Assembly: GCA_951406725.2 (NCBI GenBank) | Contig: OX597815.1 | Coordinates: forward strand, 191,890,001-191,954,000 | Origin: Octopus vulgaris | Taxonomy: Eukaryota | Direction of reading: 5' to 3' | DNA: 64,000 nt | Shown: piece after piece, positions 41,822-53,460 of the stretch | Layout: every line of letters starts with the position of its first letter | Position numbering within the stretch: position 1 is the first letter of the stretch | Notes under the pieces: model-generated | The model's database searches: none | Told to the model about the DNA's origin: nothing | Seen by the model: the letters and a program-made list of their open reading frames with translations, nothing else | Translations under genes and position numbers: made by a program

Positions 41822-42955
41822 TGAGTGAAAGAGCAGTTCATGCCATCAAAGTGACACTGGGGTAAAATATACGAAGCCCAATATACCCATCATGACTACC
41901 TGTCTGATAAGGGCACACCAGGCACATGCATCACAACCATATGTGCGCGACATGGTGATCTCATATCAAGATAAACAGCACATGACCTTGCAGGTGGGGC
42001 CCAGTTAGAATTTTCTTCAGGTTGAGTAACCCATCCCGCTCAAACGGTCCCTGAATAAGGGTTGTTTAAGGATGTTGAAAAACCCACCCATGTCTCCAGA
42101 GGTGAATTATTCAAACCCCAAAGAATCCCTCTCAACACATGGCTATGATGCTCCCCCACTACTTCTGCTCGTGATCAGAGATGCACATATCGTCAGCCAC
42201 TAAGGGACATGCTCAACTGGTTAAGGTCAAACAACTGACAAGCAAATCTGTGGTATTGAGCAGAATATTTGCTGTAGCCCATCTTTTATACCAAGACAGA
42301 ACAATGTACATGATAACACTTCCAATCAGTTAAGATCAGAAGCCATGAGAGCCTCTGCCTGGTACTGCATCAGGGCATTTATTATTATTATTATTATTAT
42401 TATTGAGTGAGAGAGCAGTGCATGCCGTCAAAGTGGCACTGGGGTAAAATATACGAAGCCCAGTATACCCATCATGACTACTCATCTGATAAGGGTACAC
42501 TAGGCACATGCATCACAACCATATGTGTGCGACATGGTGATCTCCTATCAAGATAAACAGCGCATGACCTTGCAGGTGGGGCCCAGTTAGGATTTTTTTT
42601 CTGATCACATAACCCATCCTGCTCAAAGGGTCCCTAAATAAGGGTTGTTTAAGGATTTTGAATGAAACACCCATGCTTCCAGAGGTGAATTATTTGAACC
42701 CCTTGAATTCCTCTGAACACATGGCTATAAAGACCCCCCACTACTTCTGCTCGTGATCAGAGATGCACATATCGTCAGCCACTAAGGGACATGCTCAACT
42801 GGTTAAAGTCAAACAACTGACAAGCAAATCTGTGGTATTGAGCAGAATATTTGCTGTAGCCCATCTTTTATACCAAGACAAAACAATGTACATGATAACA
42901 CTTCCAATTAGTTAAGATCAGAAGCCATGAGAGCCACTGCCTGGTACTGCATCAG
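41822..42955 (-). mobile_element. Two head-to-tail ~555-bp non-coding elements in an (ATT)n tract
   Basis: 41822-42378 and 42404-42955 are collinear, each bounded by (ATT)n; a short end fragment TGAGTGACAGAACAGTGCAT also lies at about 56895. Confidence 0.8.
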
Positions 42956-42958
42956 GTG

Positions 42959-43002
<44 letters not shown>

Positions 43003-43150
43003 CATATATAGGTGCAGGAGTGGTTGTGGGGGAAGAAGCTTCCTTCCCAACCACATGATTCCTAGGGTTGATTTGTTTGACTAAAGGCAGTGCTCCAGCA
43101 TGACTGCAGTCAAATGACTGAAACAAGTAAAAGAATAAAAGAATATATTC

Positions 43151-43188
<38 letters not shown>

Positions 43189-43599
43189 CTTTGTGTCTGT
43201 GTTTGTACCCCACCATTACTTGACAATTGGTGTTGGTGCATTTGTGTCCCCATAACTTGGCAGTTCAGCAAAAGTGACTGATAAAATAACTACCGGCCTC
43301 AAAAATAAAAGAAAGTACTTAGTCAATTTGTTTGACTGAAATTCTTCAAGGTGATGCCCCAGTATGGCTACAGTCTGATTACTCGAATAATTAAAAGATA
43401 AAATATATAAATATGTGTGTATGTGTGTGGGGTAGTGAAATCCTCCCCAGAGCTCGTTTATAGCCTGTCTGTTCTTCGACTAAACATTCATTAGGGAGTG
43501 GTAAAAATTAAGATATAATTATTATGACTCATTAACATGGTTTATTTTAACATTTTTTTTCAAAATTCCTCTATGGCATTTTGTGAATAATTGTTTTAT

Positions 43600-43800
43600 T
43601 GATTTACATTTATAGGGGTTTGTTTTTCACAGGTCAATAACTGGTTCATAGCATTTATGATCATAAAAATTACAAAAGATTGTTTGTGCAACTTGCATGA
43701 AATAAATGCCACAAGTTCAATTTTGCTTGAAACTAATAGTTTATCTGTTTTCTTACTGATGGGTACATCTTTTGCTAATATACATTGACTAAAGTCGCAC
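43600..43800 (-). pseudogene. Possible Penelope-like GIY-YIG C-terminal relic
   Basis: CILAKDVPISKKTDKLLVSSKIELVAFI..LHKQS loosely matches the PLE W.IL.K...Y...K.C.LC..EK..I..LNKRS pattern. Confidence 0.4.
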
Positions 43801-44041
43801 ATAAATATATTTGTATTGAAACCATGAAGATATCTGATCAGTCAGCTGAGGATGGGATTTTCCGTGTTATGTAATGTGTATTTTCATCTTTTCCTTTGTA
43901 GTCCTACTGCTAATCTTAGTAATTTTATTGTATTATTTTATGAAGGGAGTTTGTTAGAGTTTTGTTCATGTGAATGATGATGTTTTCTATTGTGTGAGTG
44001 TGATTAAGTTTGGGACAAAGTTTGCTTTAGAAACGTTGAGA

Positions 44042-44252
44042 TGTATTGAAAGATACAGATAAGGAAATAATTTATTCTCAAACGCAGAATATTTCTTACA
44101 GAATAGCAGGAACAGGATAAATTGTCCATATTTTGCAGAAAAATTTGCCAGCAAAATTTTCTGCAAAATATGGATGGCTTATCTTGTTCCTGCTATTTTG
44201 TTAGCATTATTCTGCATTTGAGAATAAATTATTTCCTTATCTGTATCTTCCA

Positions 44253-44257
<5 letters not shown>
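44042..44257. repeat. Palindromic element
   Basis: TGTATTGAAAGATACAGATAAGGAAATAATTTATTCTCAAA and TTTGAGAATAAATTATTTCCTTATCTGTATCTTCCAATACA. Confidence 0.9.
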
Positions 44258-44289
<32 letters not shown>

Positions 44290-44789
44290 TATATATTAGG
44301 AAAACCCCTCCACCTTTTATCAATTCAATAATGAAAAATTAAATTATACCATTTAGAAAAATTACATCTTATAGAAAGATTAAATATAAGATAAAACATA
44401 TAACAATCCCCTCTCTCTCTTTCGGAGAGGCACAAGCACCTACACGCACATGTACACACACGGCAGTAACTTCCACCTACCAAATTCAATCACAAAGCTC
44501 CGGTCGGCTCGGGGCTATAGTGGAAGACACCTACCCAAAGTGCCACACAGTGGGACTGAACCCGAAACCATGTAGCTAGGAAGCAAGCTCCCTAACCACG
44601 ATTAAGTAATATGCAAAATAGTAAATAAAACGCATATATTTGGTAGAATTTTCCCCTGTAAGCTTGGAATAATATTCCCTCATATTATATATATATATAT
44701 ATATATATAAGAATTACCACTTAGTTTACATTACCATCACATATGTATCAATTATTTTTGCATCCTAACCGATGCATCTATCTATATTC

Positions 44790-44840
44790 GCATTCTGAAG
44801 AGATTTACTTACTCCAGTAAATTGAAACGATCATAAATGC
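44790..44840 (+). ncRNA. Minimal type I hammerhead-like motif
   Basis: gcatt-CTGAAGA-GATTTACT-tactcc-AGTAAATT-GAAA-CGATC-ATA-aatgc: 5-bp helix I, 8-bp helix II, helix III ACGATC(G>A)T. Confidence 0.65.
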
Positions 44841-44944
44841 TACCCTCATCTCTGCTTCTTCCTTCTTTGTTACCTATTTAATTAAAGGCATACCAGCGTA
44901 AACCACGAGTTTCCCATTGTTATTTTATCCATTTTCTTCTCTTT

Positions 44945-45192
44945 CGTGCCGGTGGCATGTAAAAAGCACCATCCGATCGTGGCTGTTTGCCAGCCTCGTC
45001 TGGCACCTGTGCCAGTGGCACATAAAATGCACCCACTATACTCACGGAGTGGTTGGCGTTAGGAAGAGCATCCAGCCATAGAAACATTGCCAGATCAGAC
45101 TGGGCCTGGTGCAGCCTCCTTGCTTCCCAGACCCCAGTTGAACCGTCCAACCCATGCTAGCATGGAAAACGGGCACTAAACGATGATGATGA
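44945..45192 (+). mobile_element. SINE C
   Basis: Core and tail motifs as in the other copies. Confidence 0.85.
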
Positions 45193-45679
45193 TATATATA
45201 TATATATATATACACACACTCATATACAATGGGCTTCTTCCAGTTTCTCTCCACCAAATCCACTTACAAGGCTTTAATTGGCCCAGGGCTGTAGTAGAAG
45301 ACATTTACCCAACAGTCCCACGTAGTGGGACTGAACATGGAATCATGTGGTTGGGAAGCAAGCTTCTTACCACACAGCCATGCTTGCACCTATGTATACC
45401 CTTATTGTAGTTCCCAGAGAGATTCAGCATAATGTAAGATGTGATGGGGCTGGCCCTCTGAAATACATGTATTGCTCATTTCTGCCAGCTGAGTAGACTG
45501 AAGCTTGTGAAATAAGTATCTTGCTCAAAGATACAACACCCCATCGGGTATTGAACTCACAACCTTACAGTTTTGAGCTGACTACCTCTAACCACCAAGC
45601 CACTTACCTTCACCATCATGCTAATAGCTACCAATTAAAATAGCATGAGTAGGATAGTATGAGAGTGTCATTATGCACA

Positions 45680-45932
45680 AGAATTGGCTAGAAAGAACAG
45701 TAACAAAAATTGGCTAGAAATAGCAGTCACAAAAATTGTAGTCATGAAAGTTGGCTAGAAAGAGCAGTCACAAAAATTGGCTAGAAATAGCAGTCATAAA
45801 AATTGCAGTAACAAAATTGGCTAGAAATAGCAGTCGCAAAAATTGGCAGTCACAAAAGTTGGCTAGAAACAGCAGTTAGAAAAGTTGTCTAGAAATAGCA
45901 GTCACAAAAATTGGCTAGAAATAGCAGCCAAA
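45680..45932. repeat. Minisatellite of AAAATTGGCTAGAAATAGCAGTCAC units
   Basis: About 8 imperfect copies. Confidence 0.85.
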
Positions 45933-46288
45933 TTAAAATATTGGCATACATCATATAGGCAATTCTAAAGAGAGTATCAAACATTTAGAAGCCGAGTCAA
46001 ATTACCGTGACCTCTGTCTCCCCAGAAACATAACTCTGCCTCGTTTGCCACCCACCCACCGATACCAATTATTTCCAAACAAGCTACCGCATGCCGAAAT
46101 TCCTTCTTATGAACTTTTAAAGAGAAACACCCGCTTCCTGCAGATGCATGGAATATAGTAATCTAGAAAACAGTGTATGATGGATAGGCTTTTGACATCA
46201 TCAAGCATGCGGTAGGCTAATGATGGCCTGTGTCATTTTGAATTTTTAAACTGTTATTTGTGATTCCATTTTGGCAAATGTTCAGCAA

Positions 46289-46579
46289 GGCGCAGGAGTG
46301 GCTGTGTGGTAAGTAGCTTGCTAACCAACCACATGGTTCCAGGTTCAGTCCCACTGTGTGGCATCTTGGGCAAGTGTCTTCTGCTATAGCCCCGGGCCGA
46401 CCGATGCCTTGTGAGTGGATTTGGTAGACGGAAACTGAAAGAAGCCTGTCGTATATCATCATCATCATCGTTTAACGTCCGCTTTCCATGCTAGCATGGG
46501 TTGGACGGTTCAACTGGGGTCTGGCAAGCCCGAAGGCTGCACCAGACCAGTCAGATCTGGCAGTGTTTCTACAGCTGGA

Positions 46580-46633
<54 letters not shown>

Positions 46634-46843
46634 CGTGTTTGTGTGTCTGTGTTTGTCCCCCTAGCATTGCTTGACAACTGATGCTGGTGTGTTTACGTCC
46701 CCGTCACTTAGCGGTTCGGCAAAAAGAGACCAATAGAATAAGTACTGGGCTTACAAAGAATAAGTCCCGGGGTCGATTTGCTCGACTAAAGGCGGTGCTC
46801 CAGCATGGCCGCAGTCAAATGACTGAAACAAGTAAAAGAGTAA
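46289..46843 (+). mobile_element. SINE A with a nested minus-strand SINE C fragment (46456-46580)
   Basis: SINE A head and tail intact around the insert. Confidence 0.9.
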
Positions 46844-46948
46844 GTACAACCACAAACCAGACAAAACTGACTCTTTGTAACCTTTAGATGTCCTTCTTGT
46901 TACATACCATCATGGATTAGATTGTACATACCTATACTATAAACTGTT

Positions 46949-47200
46949 GAGGCGCGTGGCTTAGTGGTTAGGGTGCCAGCGTCATGATCGTAAGATTGTG
47001 GTTTCGATTCCTGGACCGGGCAACACGTTATGTTCTTGAGCAAAACACTTCAGTTCATGTTGCTCCAGTCCAGTCAGCTGGCAAAAATTAGTAACGCTGC
47101 GATGGACTGGCGTCCTGTCCAGCTGGGGAATACATATGCCACAGAAACTGGGCCCATGAGCCTGGCTAGGCTTTAAAAGGGTGCATTTATTTTATTTTAT
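46949..47200 (+). mobile_element. SINE D, well-preserved tRNA-like head
   Basis: GGCGCGTGGCTTAGTGGTTAGGGTG..GGTTTCGATTCC A/B boxes. Confidence 0.8.
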
Positions 47201-47584
47201 TATACTTATTATTGGCGTTAGGAAGGGCATCCAGCCGTAGAAACACTGCCAGATTTGACTGGGCCTGATGAAGCCTTCTGGCTTCACAGACCCCAGTAGA
47301 ACCGTCCAACCCATGCTAGCATGGAAAACGGACGCTAAACGATGATGATGATGATACTATAAACTATAAGTATGTATGAGGCAATCGGATTTGTTTTTGT
47401 ATGACAAAGCATAAGCAACAATCACACACACATGCAAAAAACCCCAAAAAAACACATTCATCTGCGTAAGTATGTTTAAAGTGACGAAAGTACTTGGGCT
47501 GAATATTTGTTAATTAATTGTAAGTAATCTTATTTGATTGATGCTTAAATCCATAAGGCCCCTTCTATAATATATATATTTCTA

Positions 47585-47995
47585 TTCTTTTACTCTTTTA
47601 CTGGTTTCAGTCATTTGACTGTGGCCATGCTGGGGCACTGCCTTTAGTCGAGCAAATCGACCCCAGGTCTTATTCTTTGCAAGCCTAGTACTTATTCTAT
47701 TGGTCTCTTTTGCCGAACCACTCAGTTACGGGGACGTAAACACACCAGCATCGGTTGTCAAGCGATGTTGGGGGTGCAAACACAGACCCACAAACATATA
47801 CACACACAGACACATACATATATATATACATATATACGATGGGCTTCTTTCAGTTTCCATCTACCAAATCCACTCACAAGGCTTTGGTCGGCCCGAGGCT
47901 ATAGTAGAATACACTTGCCCGAGGTGCCACACAGTGGGACTGAACCCAGATCCATGTGGTTGGTAAGCAAGCTACTTACCACACAGCCACTCCTA
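47585..47995 (-). mobile_element. SINE A, full length
   Basis: Reverse complement of the 46289 copy. Confidence 0.9.
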
Positions 47996-48112
47996 TTTTG
48001 CAAGATTTCTGATGTGAAATTTTATGTTGAAACAGATATTGTTATATTTCACAATGGTCTTTTGTTTTCTCCCAATAAACATGCACACACACATACACAC
48101 ACTATAGTTTAT

Positions 48113-48680
48113 CATTGTTATTTTAGTGTCCTTTGTCTTCAATCATTTGTCTCACATCCTGTGACCTCTTCAGTAACTCCCCATCCCATGTGTCACTCCT
48201 GTTCTGTTTAGACCATTGAAGAGAATGGATTAAACAGGACAAGAGGAGACATGTGAGACGGGGAGTTGCTGAAGAGGTCACAGGAGATGTGAATGGAATA
48301 AACGGAACAGGAGGTGACACTTGGGATGGGGAGTTAGTGAAGAGGTCACAGGATGTGTGATGAAAGATTTCAGACGAGGAACACTAAAATAACAATTGCA
48401 GTGTGGTAGGTGTTTGTAAGCCATTTAAGAAACACACAAAAGCCGTTCAATTCACTTCAACATTTAAGTTTAATTTGTCAAAATATTTTCGGCGCTATAA
48501 GACCGTGACCTGTTCACTGACAAAAATCTGTACTGCATCAGAGATTTTTGTCAGTGAACAGGTTGCGGTCTTATAGCGACGAAAATATTTTGACAAATTA
48601 AACTTAAATTTTCAAGGGAATCGAACAGCTTTTGTGTGTTTCTTAAATGGCATACAAACACCTTCCACGCTGCAATTGTT
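48113..48680. repeat. Two abutting palindromes (48113-48397 and 48391-48680)
   Basis: Each has arms of about 100-140 bp; they share the AACAATTG junction. Confidence 0.9.
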
Positions 48681-48988
48681 TCCGTTCCAGCACACGATCT
48701 CAGATCAAATCACTTGCTATGCAAGTACATCTCCGTAAAACACTGAAATAAGAACAATGATAATGCTGAAGTGAAGAACAAGTATACAGTATGTGTATCT
48801 ATTTTGGAAAGAGCGGAATATATGTCCATCCTGAAATATAACATTATATAACCGTGGTAGGATTTGGTAAAACCCAGGCATATCAACATGTAGGATGCCA
48901 AAGATGACTCGATACTTTGTATTGAGTGCAAAGTAAGGGAAAACAATCCTTAATTGTCATTTGTTGGTGATTCACTGTAAGTATACAC

Positions 48989-49027
<39 letters not shown>

Positions 49028-49227
49028 CTTACACAAACTATTCCAAGAAATAATAACAAAGGGTTGGTTTACATTACAACGGTTTATGTATATACATTTG
49101 TTTGAGAAATGGCAGCTATAAACTTGAAGCTACTTTCAATTAAGGAACTAAAGATAGAATTAGTCATTGGGAATTATGTGTTACTTAACATTATATATAT
49201 ATATACACACATACACATATATGTGTA

Positions 49228-49258
<31 letters not shown>

Positions 49259-49358
49259 CATCATCATCATCATATATATATATTATGTGTGTGTATAAAT
49301 ATATTTGTATATATGTATATATATGTGTGTGTGTGTATATATATTTGTATATACATAC

Positions 49359-49415
<57 letters not shown>

Positions 49416-49579
49416 CATACTCACGCATTTACATATGTGTATATATGTATATATATACATATATATATGTGTGTGTGTATATGTATATATATATATATTT
49501 ATATTTGTATATATGTATATATGTATATATATGTGTGTGTATATATATATATATTTATATTTGTATATATGTATATATG

Positions 49580-49624
<45 letters not shown>

Positions 49625-49655
49625 TTGTATATATATATACATACACATATATATG

Positions 49656-49688
<33 letters not shown>

Positions 49689-50183
49689 ATACACATACAC
49701 ACATGTGTATGTATACGCATACATTCCTAGATCAATTCTTCCATCTTCTGGATCCTCGTTCTACTTTGAGAGAGCTTAGAATGTGCTGCGCTTTGCCAGC
49801 CACTTTGGAAACATTAAAAATGCGAGGAGAAGCACGTTATCATCAACAGGCTCCAAAATCAGACGTGCGGTGCTCGTAGCTACAACTCTTCCCGTAAATC
49901 ATTTCGGAGATTTAGCTGAAAGCAAGCCATAAAAATTTCGTAGAAAAGGAAACGAGGTAAAAGGAATTCCAGAAGGCTTAACGGTAACATCTGCTGGTAA
50001 CTGAAGAAGAAGAAGAAGAAGAAGAAGCACAATGCATCATTTCGTCACAGAAATGTTCTTCCCCCCCCCCCATCCTTGCCTTGCCTTGCACCACGAGCAG
50101 CTTCTGATGATGAACTGAAAACTGAAATAGCTTGATTAATTTCTGTTTTCCTACTTTAATGCTATTTTCTGTAAGCAATATAT

Positions 50184-50240
<57 letters not shown>

Positions 50241-50335
50241 TATACATATGTATGTGTATATATATATGTGTGTATGTATATATATATACACACATATACA
50301 TATATATATGTATATATATATATACATACATATAC

Positions 50336-50368
<33 letters not shown>

Positions 50369-50556
50369 TACATATATATATGTATATATATATATGTATG
50401 TATATATATATTTGCATATATATATGTATATATATGTATATATACACACATATATATATATGTATATATATGTATATATACACACATATATATACATATG
50501 TATATATATACATATATATATGTATATATATATATATATGTATATATATACATATA

Positions 50557-50604
<48 letters not shown>

Positions 50605-51195
50605 TATATGTATATATATATACATATGTATGTGTGTCTTTATGTGCATGTGTATGTCTTTGCATGTGATGCTGTGCGTTTGTGTTTGGTGGAAGCGTAG
50701 AAGACGAATTATTAGGCGGAATCTTAAGATTCATCATTCTGAGGATATTCTGAAGTAGAGGAGCCTGCTTAGTCTTATCTCACGGCCTTCATTATTTTCC
50801 TGAATCTTCGAAGGATTTCATTCCTGTTTTCTTTTTCCCTGCAAGGAAACACCTCTTATTCTCTCTTTCCTTCCTCCCTCCCTCTCACTCTTCTCTCTAT
50901 CCCTTCATCTCTCTCTCTTTGACACTTTCCATTTTACTTTCAAATAGGATTTAGGAATCTGCTGCCAATTCTTTCTTTCTTTCTTTCTTTTTTTCTTTCT
51001 TTCTCTTTCTTTCTTTCTTTTCTTTTCTTCCTTCCTTTCCTTCCTTCCTTCCTTCCTTCCTTTCCTTCCTTCCTTTCTTTCTTCTACTGTAGCCTTGGGG
51101 TGACCAAAGCCTTGTGAATGAATTTGGTAGATGGAAACTGAAAGAAGCCTGTCATATATATGTATATATATGTATATATACATATATATATATGT

Positions 51196-51253
<58 letters not shown>

Positions 51254-51496
51254 GCATACGTATATGCTTGTGTGTCTGTGTTTGTCCCCCCCACCATTGT
51301 TTGACAATTAATGTTGATGTGTTCACGTTCCTGTTTGGCAAAAGAGACTGATAGAATAAGTACTAGGCTTACAATGAATAAGTCCTGTGGTCGCTTTGTT
51401 TGACTAAAGGCGGTGCTCCAGCAAGGCCGCAATTAAATGACTGAAACAAATAAAAGACTAAAACAATAACACATATATGTGTGAATATATAAATAT

Positions 51497-51567
<71 letters not shown>

Positions 51568-52065
51568 CACATATATATATAATATTTACCATGTGAACAG
51601 TGATGAAAAATCTATGAGAAAGATATGGTATATGATTTTTTTTTTGTGCAGCAGTTCCTTGAGACATGTAATTTATTTTAAGGGTTATGCAAGGGGAAAA
51701 AGGGGAAAAAGGGTGAGAAACACTGCCCTAACCACTAAGCAACACACAGAAATGCACACACACACATGTGTCTTAAATCTCTGAATGAGCACAAAATCAC
51801 ACCCCTTCAGTACTACTCTTCCCTATCCTAGTTGAAGGGTTTTTGCGTTGCAAGATACTTCGTGACCCTATTGGTGCTGGTGCCACTTAAAAAGCACTTA
51901 AGCTGGTGTCATGTAAAAAGCAACCAGTACACTCTGTAACGTGGTGGGTGTTAGGAAGGGCATCCAGATGTAGAAACCCTAACAAAACAGACAGTGGAAC
52001 CTGGTGTGGCTCCTGGCTTTGCCAGCTCTTTATAAACCCTCCAGATGATGCCAGCAAAGATCATT

Positions 52066-52226
52066 AAATGACAATGATGATGATGACGATGATGATGATG
52101 ATGATAATTATGATGATGATGATTATGATGATGATGATGATAATGATTATCATGATGATGATGATGATGATGATGATGATGGTAATAATTATGATGATGA
52201 TTATGATGACGATGATAATGATTATC

Positions 52227-52258
<32 letters not shown>

Positions 52259-52456
52259 AATAATTATGATGATGATTATGATGACGATGATGATGATGAT
52301 AATAATTATGATGATGATTATGATGACGATGATGATGATTATCATGATGATGATGATAATTATGATGACGATGATGATGATTATCATGATGAGGATGATG
52401 ATGATTATCATGATGAGGATGATGATGATTATAATGACGATGATGACAATGTTGAT
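52066..52456. repeat. (GAT)n degenerate microsatellite
   Basis: Direct inspection. Confidence 0.95.
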
Positions 52457-52529
52457 GCCGCCGCCGCCGACAACAACAATATATGTATATTTGAAAAATG
52501 GTTAGAATTTTCTGTACAAGTTATTTTAT

Positions 52530-52945
52530 ATAAATAAACAACAAAAGGGATGAAAATACACCATAAATTTAAAACAGTCCTAATCATTTTGAATGAAAAT
52601 AAAAGACAAATAACAGATGTTGGGTCTCATTAAGATGTATTAAATATTTTTAAAATTACATTCCAACCGATTTCCACTCAAAGAGCTGTTCAAGGTAATA
52701 TTTAGAAATTCAGTAATTACTCTATCTGCCTGTCTCCCTTGGTCAGTATAATGCTTAAAAACCCAAAATTCTCATTTTTCCTGGAATTGTTCTAAGTGTG
52801 TTAACCAGTTGGAATGTAATTTTAAAATATTTAATTTATCTACAGGAAATATAACATCTGCTGTTTGTCATTTAATTTATCCAAAAGGATTATAACAATT
52901 GTTGGAACTTTATTGTGTATTTTCATCCTTATTTTTGTTTATATA
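52530..52945. repeat. Diverged long inverted repeat
   Basis: GGATGAAAATACAC/GTGTATTTTCATCC and AAAATTACATTCCAAC/GTTGGAATGTAATTTT. Confidence 0.7.
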
Positions 52946-53061
52946 TACATACATAGATACATATATATATGTATGAATGCCTATATCTATAAATATATGC
53001 ATATGTACAGAGAGAGACATTGATTCAAATAAATAGATAAAAACCTTGAGTTTGAGCATAA

Positions 53062-53460
53062 TCTATCTATATGTATAAAACTGAAGTTGTCTGTGTGTGT
53101 GTGGCAGGTTTGGAAGCCTTCAACTAACGCTATCTGCTCCAAGACCCTGCGGCGCAAGTTGACCAAAATTGAGTGTATGATAGAAGAAGGCTTGCTCTTC
53201 ATTCCGTAGAAGAAAAAATTCAAATCAGACCAGGTTAACACCAAAAATTATTTACATCAAAAAGGTGCTTTTTTTCCTGTGAAAATCCCTATCGTTTACG
53301 ATTTTTTGACTGCTGTTTCATCATTTTTCGGTGTATTTCAATCAGAAAAATGTTCACTCAAAGAGAACAACAAGCTACACAATGCAAAGTTTTTACTTTT
53401 CAAAAATTCCAATTCTAAAGGGTTGAAACAAACCCGAGCAATGCTGGGGTATACTGCTAG
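53062..53460 (+). mobile_element. Non-autonomous Helitron
   Basis: TC(TATC)TATATGTATAAAA start; CCCGAGCAATGCTGGG hairpin; CTAG|T end. Confidence 0.85.

Noticed and set aside
46949-47022. tRNA-like sequence
   Set aside because: No complete cloverleaf, and it continues into the SINE D core; it is a SINE head.
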